The notes beneath the pieces were generated by a model. It did not search any database. It was not told where the DNA came from and worked only from the letters and a program-made list of their open reading frames with translations. Below, one piece after another: positions 7,553-17,997 of a stretch of 64,000 nt of DNA; within the stretch, counting starts at the first letter, position 1, and each line of letters begins with the position of its first letter. Both the position numbers and the translations under genes were made by a program. The stretch is from Balneolales bacterium. Lineage in GTDB: Bacteria; Bacteroidota; Rhodothermia; Balneolales; DATFMH01. The stretch covers positions 6,208-70,207 of the forward strand of contig DATFMH010000069.1 of NCBI GenBank assembly GCA_035267045.1, written 5' to 3'.

Positions 7553-10500
7553 TCAATAATCGTACTTCCAGAGCACGTCGATACCGGTTCTGGAGTTCTC
7601 ACTTTGGGTTAATATCAATTCCAGGTTTCTCTTGAGATAATATTGCAGAATCACCTGGCTTACCGGATTATTGCCACCCAATTGTTGTAATACCGCCAGG
7701 AATATTTTATCCGTAATGTACTTACCTGCTTTAATCGTCGTACCATTACCCGCAGCATGATTTGAATTGTCTATTTGGATTAGATCAATACCTAGTTTAT
7801 TGGTAGCCAACGATTCGACACGATCCATCAGTAAATTCATAAGGGCATCTTTTGCCACTTGTTTGCCATTAGCACTCGAAGAACCCGAAAACGATTGCTC
7901 CCACGAAAGGAGAGCGTTAAACGGACGGCCAAATAAGGTATAGCTGATTATATTTTTCAGATCCATTTTAGGATCACTATCATAATTGAATTTTGGATCA
8001 TTGACTGTACCCGTTATTAAATAATAAATCGAAATATCGTTAGGTTGGCGCAACTGATATAGCGTTTTTATTTTGAGCTGTGGATTTGTTGGATCTCCTT
8101 TAAATACAATGCGCCCTGTTTGCATCTCAAATCGTTTCCCCAATTGGGTAGCATAACCCTGATCACTGTCGAATTCTCCGAATACTTTCAAGTCGCCTCC
8201 CGTTTTCTTGGAAACCTCCACTTTCCCATTTAATTCCAACGCCATTTCGGGAGATGTTCGGTTTCTAAGCCAGAAATTACGAATTATATTCAGATTCATA
8301 TCCACATCAAGAGAATCATACAACGAGATATCGCTATATTTTTTTTGTTGGTTCAGCTGCACGGTTTCAACACTTTTTGTACCAAAATTATCCAGGTATA
8401 TTGTTCCATTATTAACCGACAGATTTCCCCGCAGCCTGGGATGCGTCAACGAACCTGTTAATGTGGTATTCATACTGATAACCGCTTTATAATTTCTGGT
8501 ATTAATTACCCTGAAATTATCAGCATTCATCTGCAAATTCAGGCTTTGAGTTTGATATCCTTTTAATGAAATATCACCTGTAGCAGAGAAATTTCCATTA
8601 CTGCTTGCCTTACATTTATTGAGTATAATTTTACCTGGTTTAAACGCCATATCCGCAGTAATATCTTTTAGACGTATATTAGCGGGGATGACTTTCAAAC
8701 TCCCGCCTTCCAAATTCATATTTCCATTCATAACAGGATTTCCGATGGTTCCAGTCACTTTTATTTTTCCGTTTAACATCCCTTGCATCTCTTTCATCTC
8801 ATTTGGACTTACAAATTCATTGAGAGCTGCAAGATTAAATTTGTTTGTATTAATACGGGCATCGATCGAATCTTTTTCCTGCGGCAGGTTGATATCAAAC
8901 TGTTTTAGATTAAGTCTGAATGGAAAACTGCCGGTAATTTCAGCGGCAGTTTGTTTCAGTGAAATGATCTTACCATGAAAGGCAATTTGCTTTTTCTTTT
9001 GTTCATACTGGAAATGTGCTTTAGCCGTATCAATGGCTACATTCGAAAAATCAGCATTACTGAGAATAAAATTACCGGTTATATCCGGCGATCCCGCTTT
9101 ACCCGTTAAACGGCCGTTAAACTGAGCTGTTCCAGTCACATCCTCAAAGCCCAATTTTTGTAACAATTCTTTATAATCGGATAAATTCACTGGTTCCATC
9201 TTTAAGCTGCCATTAATCGGTTTACTGAAAAATGTCGTATCAAACGAAGTGGGATTTCCTAAACGGAACGGTAGATTTGCTTCGCCGACCAATAATCTAT
9301 TCCCCTTATCTTCTATAAACCCATCGGCCGTTAACTGTCCTTTAACAATATTAGCCTTTACTCTTATCGTGTCTAATTTGATGTCCTTATATGACAAACC
9401 GGCAAATGATAAATTGGAATGCATGGTTACCTTCTTATTGATGATATCAAAATCTGCGTGACCGGATACTTCTCCACCATACTCTTTATTTTGCAGGAAT
9501 ACATCCTGTATAGAACCAAAATTCAAATTCCTCGCATCAAAAAAGCCTTTTTGAGACTTACTGTTCAGCTTATCCACATAAATCCTGAACATGGCATTAT
9601 TACCGTCCTCTATTTGGAGTGTATCTGTTCGGAGAGTGTTATGGGTGTAATAAATATATCCGGGCTTACGCAGCGTCAGTGTTCTGTTTGTCGTTTTACA
9701 GAAAAAATTCTGAATGGATACAAAACTCGAATCCGCTGAATAATAATACCCGCCTTCCTGCTGTGCTCCAGCTTTTTCACGGATATTGAGATCAAGTTTG
9801 TAATCACCTTTAACCGTTTTATCACGTACTTCACCTGATGAATGAAGCTGAAAATCTTGCAATTTTAACGTCCCTACCTGAGGTTTTTTTAATTCAAGAT
9901 AAGCCTTGTAATCTGGATGTCTCGTTAAATTTACCTGCATTTGGCCCTGCATTTGACTGATCCTGACAGTATCATAACGGATATCATTCAAATATAACTC
10001 AGCTATAAATACTAATTTATTATTCTTCATCTTGATATCACCCATCATATCACCGCGAGTCTGTAATTTTTTTACGCCGAACAGAGGTGCAAGTGAGTGA
10101 ATATCTTTTACCTTTAGATCATATTGGAGTTTGTTTTTGGGATCATCATAGTGAAACAGATTCTGCCGGGCTTCGAACGAACCATCGGCAATTCCACTTT
10201 TTATTTGTGTATTTTTCAAATATAAAACAGAATCTTTTACGCTTATATCCGCCCTCATCTTGTGAAGTAACTCTTTGTTAACAATAGACGAATCGGCATT
10301 CAGGTGCGCCTTGATATCCAGCCCTTTCAAACCAAAATTTTTCCCGTTTCCCTTCAGGACGATATTAAGTGATGTCGGATACTCTTCAAGGCTCCCTAAT
10401 TCTGTTAAATTCAGTTGATGCGTTTCAAGAGCAAATGTATAAGTCGGTTCTTTCTTTGCCCAAAGACTATGAGCCTTTAACCCGATACTGCCTTTTTTGA

Positions 10501-12028
10501 ATTGAATATGTGTTTTTCCTTCTACCAGGCTATCGGTAAGACTGGCTTCCAGCGAACCGCCGGAAAACGGGATTTTTCTATAACTACCCGGTAAAAGATT
10601 CGCCCGTAACTTCCATGCATTCTTGTTCGGCTGTAATCCTGCCCCCGAAGCTGTTGCTTTTACATTCAAATCGCCTGTCTGCGTACTGTCGGATAGCCAA
10701 TATGCAGGATTTAGATTACGAACAGTGGCTTCGGCTTGCCATTCGGGATCATTTGCCCAGAGGTTTGTTGTATTGACCTTCATATATATGTTCTCATTAC
10801 CTCTCTGAGCTTCCAGCTTCAGACTTGCATCATCTGGCTTTACATCTATGGTAATATCCGACTTGTCAACATGATAATTATCCATATCCAGATCCCGTAA
10901 CCCGGCTTTACCCTTTAGCTTCGCTTGCTTGTAATTTTTTAATGGAACGTCACCACTCAATGATAACCTCGCTGATTGTATTTTCGGATATTGATCATTA
11001 TTCATCAGTTGAGCGAGGTTCATACTATCTGCTTTAACAGATACCCTGGTGATCGAAATCGCCGGTTTTATGCGAAAATGGCTTTCCAATTCCAGCCGTT
11101 TAATGTTGTCACTTTTAAGATCTACTTTTAACCCGGTGTTATCGTAATTACCGCTCAGAGACAACGTTATATTGGTATTATCCGTTGAAGGATAGGAATT
11201 CATTACCGCTTTTATATCTTGCCAGGCAACCGGCTCTCCCTTAAGATTGAATTGATATGATGCGGATGTGGAATCACCCGAAAACGTTCCACCAGCCTTG
11301 ATCATACTTTGCCCCGTAGCCAGTAACAGGTTCTCAATATTATAACTGTTCTCCGTCGCCTTACCTTCGGTTTTAAAAATAACCGGTTCGCCCAGAGAAG
11401 GATAATGCACTTTTAGAGACAGGGATTTCAAATCAAATTGATAACCAACCCTCTTCAATTGAAATCCGGAATGCATTGTTATCTCATCAAGATATAAGGT
11501 AGTATCAGGAATCGAATATGGCGAATTAACAGATATATGACTATTACGCAGTTTAATATCATTAAACATTAGGGGGATATTACCACCACCTTTATTATTA
11601 GTCGTATCTGCCGGTAACATATTCATCACATTCCAGGTACTGTCAGTTTCCTGGATCATTTTTACCTGTAACCCCTGAAATGTGATGGATTGTACCGTAT
11701 GAGGAATACCAATCAGATCAAAAATATTATATGATGCTTGAAGTGTATCGAGGTGAAGAACAGTATCCTTTGAAATAACATTAATATTCGTTGCTGTTAT
11801 CCCCTTCCATAAATCACCGTGTATTGCACCGATTTCTACAGATCCGTTAATAGATCCGGAAGCTATCGATTCAATTTTTGTTTTCAGGAATTTTAATACC
11901 GGCTCAGACTTCAGGGAAAAACGCAGAATACCCAATAAAAGCAAGATGGACAATGGTAAAAGCCACCATTTGCTTCTTGCTTTCAACCAATTTAAGAGGA
12001 TACTATGTTTATTTTTATTCTCGGTCAT
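7553..12028 (-). CDS. tamB: translocation and assembly module protein TamB (AsmA-like, DUF490 C-terminus)
   Basis: 1491 aa with a single N-terminal anchor helix, a long beta-rich repetitive body and a conserved C-terminal DUF490-like end (ILQYYLKRNLELILTQS...DVLWKYDY). Starts 6 nt downstream of the Omp85 gene. Confidence 0.8.
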   Translation of the reverse strand: MTENKNKHSILLNWLKARSKWWLLPLSILLLLGILRFSLKSEPVLKFLKTKIESIASGSINGSVEIGAIHGDLWKGITATNINVISKDTVLHLDTLQASYNIFDLIGIPHTVQSITFQGLQVKMIQETDSTWNVMNMLPADTTNNKGGGNIPLMFNDIKLRNSHISVNSPYSIPDTTLYLDEITMHSGFQLKRVGYQFDLKSLSLKVHYPSLGEPVIFKTEGKATENSYNIENLLLATGQSMIKAGGTFSGDSTSASYQFNLKGEPVAWQDIKAVMNSYPSTDNTNITLSLSGNYDNTGLKVDLKSDNIKRLELESHFRIKPAISITRVSVKADSMNLAQLMNNDQYPKIQSARLSLSGDVPLKNYKQAKLKGKAGLRDLDMDNYHVDKSDITIDVKPDDASLKLEAQRGNENIYMKVNTTNLWANDPEWQAEATVRNLNPAYWLSDSTQTGDLNVKATASGAGLQPNKNAWKLRANLLPGSYRKIPFSGGSLEASLTDSLVEGKTHIQFKKGSIGLKAHSLWAKKEPTYTFALETHQLNLTELGSLEEYPTSLNIVLKGNGKNFGLKGLDIKAHLNADSSIVNKELLHKMRADISVKDSVLYLKNTQIKSGIADGSFEARQNLFHYDDPKNKLQYDLKVKDIHSLAPLFGVKKLQTRGDMMGDIKMKNNKLVFIAELYLNDIRYDTVRISQMQGQMQVNLTRHPDYKAYLELKKPQVGTLKLQDFQLHSSGEVRDKTVKGDYKLDLNIREKAGAQQEGGYYYSADSSFVSIQNFFCKTTNRTLTLRKPGYIYYTHNTLRTDTLQIEDGNNAMFRIYVDKLNSKSQKGFFDARNLNFGSIQDVFLQNKEYGGEVSGHADFDIINKKVTMHSNLSFAGLSYKDIKLDTIRVKANIVKGQLTADGFIEDKGNRLLVGEANLPFRLGNPTSFDTTFFSKPINGSLKMEPVNLSDYKELLQKLGFEDVTGTAQFNGRLTGKAGSPDITGNFILSNADFSNVAIDTAKAHFQYEQKKKQIAFHGKIISLKQTAAEITGSFPFRLNLKQFDINLPQEKDSIDARINTNKFNLAALNEFVSPNEMKEMQGMLNGKIKVTGTIGNPVMNGNMNLEGGSLKVIPANIRLKDITADMAFKPGKIILNKCKASSNGNFSATGDISLKGYQTQSLNLQMNADNFRVINTRNYKAVISMNTTLTGSLTHPRLRGNLSVNNGTIYLDNFGTKSVETVQLNQQKKYSDISLYDSLDVDMNLNIIRNFWLRNRTSPEMALELNGKVEVSKKTGGDLKVFGEFDSDQGYATQLGKRFEMQTGRIVFKGDPTNPQLKIKTLYQLRQPNDISIYYLITGTVNDPKFNYDSDPKMDLKNIISYTLFGRPFNALLSWEQSFSGSSSANGKQVAKDALMNLLMDRVESLATNKLGIDLIQIDNSNHAAGNGTTIKAGKYITDKIFLAVLQQLGGNNPVSQVILQYYLKRNLELILTQSENSRTGIDVLWKYDY

Positions 12029-12034
12029 AAAATG

Positions 12035-14062
12035 CTAAAAAACGTCCCCGATACTGAAGTGAAAGGCTATACGCTGCCAGCTTTGAGAACCGTGATATAC
12101 GCCGTTATAATAATTCAGATCAGCATAGGTCGGATTAAGTTTGTAGCCTACATCAAGGCGAACCGGCCCAATGGGTGATTGGTAACTCAAACCGGCACCG
12201 ATACCATATTGCATGGCATCATAATTGATTTGGCGTATTCGGCTTTTAAATGATTGGGAATTAAAAAACGTTACATCTGAAAAACGTTTCCAAACCTGCC
12301 CACCATCCATAAAAGCTGCTATTCCCAGACCTTTTATGAGGAAATTGAGTTGATGACGAAGTTCCAAATTGAAAGAAAAATTAATACGCCCGCCATCAGG
12401 AGCATATCTTTTAAAGTCACCATTATTATTCAGGAGAACACGCTTTGGACCCAATTGCTGCCGATACCATCCCCTGACAGATCCATATCCGCCGGCAAAA
12501 TAACGAATACTGGCAGGTAGTGAATCACTTTGAGGCGCAAATATAACACCACCATTAGCACGAAACACAAAATCCATTCCATCAGATATACGCATTAAAT
12601 GCCGGATATCCAGAGTTGCTTTTTCGTAAGTATATGAACCCGTCTTCAAAAATCCAGAAAATTCCAGATATGGGTTTATAATCCACCCCGTATTGCCTCC
12701 AACTACATTTTGCCTGTAAAACCCGGCAAACTGTAACGATGAGATATTATATAGCTGAGTACTATCGGGCAAATTGATATTCACATTTTTCTGCATGAGA
12801 TTGTTGCGGGTATACTCATATGATATCGAAGTAGTTAGATTTCTGGTATGCTGATAAACAAATGAATTATTCACACCACCACTCATCAATTCATACCCGG
12901 GTTCTAAACGGTGATCAAAAAAAGGAGACACGACAAAACTGCTTTTATTATTTACAACATACGGTATCAAATAATCGATTCCGGCCCGCTGTTCTATAAA
13001 AGATGCTCGTCCCGATATTGAAAAATTATGCGCATTGCCAAATGGATTGCGATGCGTCCATGATATCTGTCCACGTAAATATTCCGAAGTACCAAAACCG
13101 ACTCTTATTTCGAGAGACCTCAATTTATGTTCACGGACATTTATCTTAACATTGACTGTAGAATCGATAGGTTGATCCGGAATATCAATTGTAACAAAGC
13201 GGAATAGTGGTTGATTAAATATGATCTGCTGAGCAGAACCTATCTTTTTTTGACTAAATTTTTGCCCAATTTTGAGTCCTGACTCTCTTCTGACCAGCCT
13301 TTTGGATACTGTTTTTTCACCATCAACCTCAATGTGACTCAAATAGCCAATAGGGCCCGGTTGCAGTTTTACTTTCAGTTGTGCAGTGTGATTAAGGGAG
13401 TCCGTTTTCGAGTCTACCGTAACATTGGCGAATGTGAAACCAAGATTTTTCAGTGTTGATGTAAACTCACCGTTTACTTCTGGTATTTTTATCGCTTCGA
13501 AGCGCTTACCTACTTGCAGAGGTTGATGGTTTTGCGCTTTTTCATATGACGAACTTTCTTTTATTATTTTTGCAAAACGTTCTTTACCATCAATTTGATA
13601 ATCAACTTTTTTAATAATGATTGGTTTCCCTTCATCAACATTAAAAAAAACTTCGCGTTTCCATGACTTATTTCCATCTTTTACATCGTAAGTGACTTTG
13701 ACGTCTGGAAAACCCCGCCTTTGATAGAAATGCTCCAGGCGTATAACATCTTTTTTCACTTCGGTTTCAGAATATTCATGCCCGCTTCGATTCCAAAATC
13801 GTAATTTTTGGAAAAACGATGGGGCATCCGTAGCAATCGCTTCTTTTAAAATTACATCAGGATAGGTTTTATTACCGGTGATTGCCACTTTCCATACTTG
13901 TGGCAAATCTGGCCTGGAGGCTAGCATGACAGACTCATTGCTATACTCATTCATACGCAGATAACTACATTCCGCCCGATATGGAATGAAGCTGAATAAG
14001 ATCACAAAAAAGGATATAGCTATAAATCCGGCAGCCGAATAATTACAACGCGACTTCTTCAA
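12035..14062 (-). CDS. Omp85/BamA-family outer membrane protein with POTRA domains (TamA/TamL-like partner of TamB)
   Basis: 675 aa. POTRA-like N-terminal repeats, then a C-terminal beta-barrel with YFAGGYGSVRGW and a terminal aromatic residue (IGDVF). Arranged as an operon with tamB. Confidence 0.8.
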   Translation of the reverse strand: MKKSRCNYSAAGFIAISFFVILFSFIPYRAECSYLRMNEYSNESVMLASRPDLPQVWKVAITGNKTYPDVILKEAIATDAPSFFQKLRFWNRSGHEYSETEVKKDVIRLEHFYQRRGFPDVKVTYDVKDGNKSWKREVFFNVDEGKPIIIKKVDYQIDGKERFAKIIKESSSYEKAQNHQPLQVGKRFEAIKIPEVNGEFTSTLKNLGFTFANVTVDSKTDSLNHTAQLKVKLQPGPIGYLSHIEVDGEKTVSKRLVRRESGLKIGQKFSQKKIGSAQQIIFNQPLFRFVTIDIPDQPIDSTVNVKINVREHKLRSLEIRVGFGTSEYLRGQISWTHRNPFGNAHNFSISGRASFIEQRAGIDYLIPYVVNNKSSFVVSPFFDHRLEPGYELMSGGVNNSFVYQHTRNLTTSISYEYTRNNLMQKNVNINLPDSTQLYNISSLQFAGFYRQNVVGGNTGWIINPYLEFSGFLKTGSYTYEKATLDIRHLMRISDGMDFVFRANGGVIFAPQSDSLPASIRYFAGGYGSVRGWYRQQLGPKRVLLNNNGDFKRYAPDGGRINFSFNLELRHQLNFLIKGLGIAAFMDGGQVWKRFSDVTFFNSQSFKSRIRQINYDAMQYGIGAGLSYQSPIGPVRLDVGYKLNPTYADLNYYNGVYHGSQSWQRIAFHFSIGDVF

Positions 14063-14285
14063 AATAATACTTTAATAAAAATTTTGTTATGGGATACCAA
14101 TGTATATACAATCGATTAAGTGGAAGCATTATTAGTAAGACAGTGTTTTTATTATATAAGGTATCCACGTAATAACCAACTAAATTCCTGTTAGATATGC
14201 TATAAATGGTGAAAGATACCACAATCATTCCATTTTTTATGGAGTCGGTTGTTGAATAATTATAAGGATACGGTCGAAAACCCGA

Positions 14286-14960
14286 TTATTTTTGTACAGC
14301 TATCAGTAAGTGGGCAGCCAAAGTGAGGGGGATCAAATATCGTTCATCATTAACTTTAACGCGCATTCCATTCTTCTCTTTTTCAATCACTACAATGGGC
14401 GAATTCAGAGTTATTTTAAGTATTGTCAATAAATTCAATTCATCTTTATCCTGAGTACGTACTCTTTTAACTAAACCACTATCCCCTGATTCCATTTCCG
14501 TTAACGGAACCAAATCGAGCGCCGGCGGAAGCTCCAGTTTTACCGACGGAATAGGATCCCCATGAGGATCATGTGTAGGGTGCCCCAAATATTCTGCAAT
14601 GCGAGCTTCAAAATTTTCACTGATAACATGTTCCAGTTTTTCCGCTTCTTCATGAACTTCATCCCAACTATAACCCAATGCCTCTGTCAAATAAAGCTCA
14701 ACCAATCGATGATGACGAACAATTTCCAGGGCTACCTTTTTCCCCATATCCGTCAACCGGACCCCCCGATATGGTTCATGCGTTATTAAATTGAGCTCAG
14801 TCAGTTTTTTCAGCATTCCCGTTACCGATGCCGGTTTGACACCGAGTCGCTCGGCTAGCATCTGAGTCGGCACTACATCCCTTATCTCTTCAATAAGAAA
14901 GATTTGCTTCAGATAATCTTCCTGTGTTTCCGTAAGATTCGCTCGTTCTATAGTATTCAT
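14286..14960 (-). CDS. mntR: DtxR/MntR-family metal-dependent transcriptional repressor with C-terminal FeoA/SH3-like domain
   Basis: Winged-helix N-terminus (EDYLKQIFLIEE...LAERLGVKPASVTGMLKKL), a metal-site region (HELVELYL...HEEAEKLEH) and a C-terminal SH3-like domain. Located directly downstream of mntH. Confidence 0.8.
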   Translation of the reverse strand: MNTIERANLTETQEDYLKQIFLIEEIRDVVPTQMLAERLGVKPASVTGMLKKLTELNLITHEPYRGVRLTDMGKKVALEIVRHHRLVELYLTEALGYSWDEVHEEAEKLEHVISENFEARIAEYLGHPTHDPHGDPIPSVKLELPPALDLVPLTEMESGDSGLVKRVRTQDKDELNLLTILKITLNSPIVVIEKEKNGMRVKVNDERYLIPLTLAAHLLIAVQK

Positions 14961-14980
14961 GCTTGAGAGATTTATTCATG

Positions 14981-16870
14981 TTAAACGATCAATACCGGGA
15001 TATCCACATTGTGACGAACCGTATCAACAGTTTGGCCCAGGATCAGATCCTTTAGTCCACGGTGACCATGTGCACCCATAACCAGCATATCCGCATTTTC
15101 CAATTTCACAAGTTCCGGAATAACTTTTTTGGGATCACCATAGCCCAATTTTAATGACGCTTTATATCCTTTTTTCTTAAGAATTCCAACATATTCTTCC
15201 AGCTTTTCCTTGTCGTGCGATGATTCAAAATCAGATATCTCGCCACCAATCATACGGGCACCGGCGGTATCAACAATATGGATCAATACATAATCGATAT
15301 TTTTCCCGCCTTGTGAAATTGAACTGCTGATCGCTTTTAAATCGCTTTGCGAGAAATCAACAGTAACGGCGATTCGTTTATATGGCTCAGCTTCCAGTAA
15401 CTCACCAAGAGGTTTGTCGGCATGCGTGTGTGGTGTCCGTAAGCCAAATTTCCGGCGTGATGTAACCGGTTTAAAAGAGATATAAATCAATAATATTCCG
15501 GCTCCGACGGCAATTATAATAACCGGTATTTGCAGCCAGAGCATATCAACAGCTTTCAGCCAATCAGACAATGTTTCAATAACCAGTTTCACATTTAATG
15601 CGATTATAATAATTGCTGTGACCCATGCTGCAATTTTTACCCAGATACCAATCACATTTTCTTTCATCTTTTCTTTGTCACTTACAAAATGAATAAGAGG
15701 TATGATAGCAAAACCTAACTGCAGGCTTAAGATTACCTGACTTAATATCAACAATTCATCCGAAGCCCTCGGTCCCATATAGAGAATCGTTAAAAAAGCC
15801 GGAATAATGGCCAATAAACGTGTTATCAATCGTCTCAGCCAGGGTTGTATACGCAGGTGAAGATAACCTTCCATAACAATTTGTCCCGCCAGTGTACCGG
15901 TTATAGTGGAACTTTGTCCGGCGGCAATTAAAGCAATGGCAAATAATATCGGAGCCAGTGTTGAACCCAGTAACGGTTCCAACAGATGATGAGCCTGTTG
16001 GATACCTGCCACTTCATAATGGCCTGTTGAAAAAAATGTCGCTCCGGCTAAAATGAGAATAGCTGCATTTACAAAAAAAGCAAGGTTTAGAGCTATTACA
16101 GAATCGAACAGATTGAATTTGATGGCTGATTTCAACCCGGATTTGGTTGGAGAGATCTTACGTGTTTGAACGAGGGCGGAATGCAAATAGAGGTTATGCG
16201 GCATCACAGTGGCGCCAATGATACCGATCGCTATGTAAAGCGCATATGAACCGGGTAAAGCGGGAACAAAACCGGTGACAACCTGGCTCATATCCGGCTT
16301 TGCCAAAATCAAGTTAATAAGAAACGAAATGCCTATTATTGAAATCAGCCCCACAATAAAAGCTTCCATCTTGCGCATCCCGTACCGTTGAAACAGGAGT
16401 AGTAAAAATGTATCGAGAACCGTTATGGAAACACCGATTAACATAGGTAAACCGAACAATAGATTGAGTCCGATTGCCATACCGAGCACTTCAGCAAGAT
16501 CTGTTGCCGCAATAGCCACTTCCGCAAGGATGTATAGCATAAAATTTATTACCGGAGAATAGGTCTCACGGGAAGCCTGGGCAAGATCACGACCACGCAC
16601 CAATCCAAGCTTGGCACTCAGATATTGTAATAATACAGCCATCATATTGGAAAGAAGCAGTACCCATATCAAGTCATAGGCAAAACGGCTGCCACCTGCG
16701 ATATCCGTTGCCCAGTTACCCGGATCCATATATCCTACGCTAACCAGATATGCGGGCCCAAGGAAAGCAACCAGCCGTTTCCATTTACTTTTCTGACTAA
16801 TGGTATCTATAGATGAATGCACGTCTTCTAACGAAAGATGCGATGTATCAAGGTGGGAATCCCATTTCAT
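14981..16870 (-). CDS. mntH: Nramp-family divalent metal (Mn2+) transporter fused to a C-terminal universal stress protein (USP) domain
   Basis: The GPAYLVSVGYMDPGNWATDIAGG and MPHNLYLHS Nramp motifs lie in the first ~440 aa. The last ~140 aa (RIAVTVDFS...LVMGAHGHRGLKDLILGQTVDTVRHNVDIPVLIV) form a USP-type fold pattern. Confidence 0.85.
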   Translation of the reverse strand: MKWDSHLDTSHLSLEDVHSSIDTISQKSKWKRLVAFLGPAYLVSVGYMDPGNWATDIAGGSRFAYDLIWVLLLSNMMAVLLQYLSAKLGLVRGRDLAQASRETYSPVINFMLYILAEVAIAATDLAEVLGMAIGLNLLFGLPMLIGVSITVLDTFLLLLFQRYGMRKMEAFIVGLISIIGISFLINLILAKPDMSQVVTGFVPALPGSYALYIAIGIIGATVMPHNLYLHSALVQTRKISPTKSGLKSAIKFNLFDSVIALNLAFFVNAAILILAGATFFSTGHYEVAGIQQAHHLLEPLLGSTLAPILFAIALIAAGQSSTITGTLAGQIVMEGYLHLRIQPWLRRLITRLLAIIPAFLTILYMGPRASDELLILSQVILSLQLGFAIIPLIHFVSDKEKMKENVIGIWVKIAAWVTAIIIIALNVKLVIETLSDWLKAVDMLWLQIPVIIIAVGAGILLIYISFKPVTSRRKFGLRTPHTHADKPLGELLEAEPYKRIAVTVDFSQSDLKAISSSISQGGKNIDYVLIHIVDTAGARMIGGEISDFESSHDKEKLEEYVGILKKKGYKASLKLGYGDPKKVIPELVKLENADMLVMGAHGHRGLKDLILGQTVDTVRHNVDIPVLIV

Positions 16871-16954
16871 AATATCCCCTAATCGACTTTATAATTCATA
16901 CAGATCTGATTTTAAAAAATATTTTGGACTATATTTTAAATTTAATACGTAAAA

Positions 16955-16970
16955 TTTAGGCAATCCTAAA
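16955..16970. promoter_or_regulatory. candidate MntR/DtxR-type operator palindrome upstream of mntH
   Basis: TTTAGG-caat-CCTAAA, 85 nt upstream of the mntH start. The half-sites resemble the TTAGG/CCTAA arms of DtxR/IdeR boxes. Confidence 0.35.
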
Positions 16971-17109
16971 AATATTTGCAATAACAAGTAGGTTTATTCA
17001 AAAATTTACTACAGATAATTGTTGCCGGTCATATGTGCAATTAATAATAATTTAACTTCCGGGAAATACTTTATTTACATGTATTGGGTTAATTAGGACA
17101 AAAACCAAT

Positions 17110-17967
17110 ATGCCCCATATACGAAAAATACAAGTTGCTGTCATCTCGGATGTACATTTGGGAACCTACGGCTGTCATGCTGAAGAGCTTCTAAATTATC
17201 TTGAGGGAATTGATCCTGAAGTACTCATTTTGAATGGAGATATCATTGATATCTGGCAATTCAGAAAAAATTATTGGCCTGAAGCCCATCGAAAAGTGAT
17301 AAAACGTATCCTGGATTTTGTTACATCCGATATCCCGGTCTATTATCTGACCGGCAATCACGATGAGATGCTGCGAAAATTTTCAGGATTACAACTCGCT
17401 AATTTTCATCTGAAAGACAAAGTGGTATTAAATCTCGATGGAAAAAAGGCATGGTTCTTCCACGGTGATATATTTGATGTCACTATGCAGTATTCCAAAT
17501 GGCTGGCTAAACTGGGAGCTATAGGTTACGATTTTCTGATCACATTAAATCAACTTGTTAATTTCTGGTCAGATTTATTCGGAAAAGGCCGTTTTTCATT
17601 CTCGAAAAAGATTAAGGACAGCGTTAAAAGCGCCATAAAATATATTCATGATTTCGAGAAAACGGCAACCGATCTGGCGATAGAAAGCGGTTATCATTAT
17701 GTCGTTTGCGGACATATCCACCATCCGAATATCAGTATTTATCGCAATTCGGATGGTTCGGTGTTATATCTCAATTCAGGCGATTGGATCGAAAATCTGA
17801 CAGCTTTGGAATATTCCGAAGGACAATGGCAAATATATCACTATAATGAAGATGATTATACTAACGTAACCCAAAGCAAGGAACATAAAAAGACGGTAAT
17901 TACAAATACCAATACTGAAAAATATGTTCCGGAACAGATGATGTATATCCTCAAGAATCTGCGTTAA
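17110..17967 (+). CDS. LpxH-like UDP-2,3-diacylglucosamine diphosphatase / calcineurin-type metallophosphoesterase
   Basis: Metallophosphoesterase motifs VISDVHLG, NGDIIDIW, GNHD, GHIH and SGDW. Confidence 0.6.
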   Translation: MPHIRKIQVAVISDVHLGTYGCHAEELLNYLEGIDPEVLILNGDIIDIWQFRKNYWPEAHRKVIKRILDFVTSDIPVYYLTGNHDEMLRKFSGLQLANFHLKDKVVLNLDGKKAWFFHGDIFDVTMQYSKWLAKLGAIGYDFLITLNQLVNFWSDLFGKGRFSFSKKIKDSVKSAIKYIHDFEKTATDLAIESGYHYVVCGHIHHPNISIYRNSDGSVLYLNSGDWIENLTALEYSEGQWQIYHYNEDDYTNVTQSKEHKKTVITNTNTEKYVPEQMMYILKNLR

Positions 17968-17997
17968 ATTAGTTGTTTCCTGGTAAGTAACCTTCCT

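Noticed and set aside
16871-17109. Possible yybP-ykoY manganese riboswitch in the mntH leader.
   Set aside because: The leader is short and very AT-rich, and lacks the conserved GGGGAGTAG-type core and paired helices. A protein operator (MntR) is the more economical explanation.
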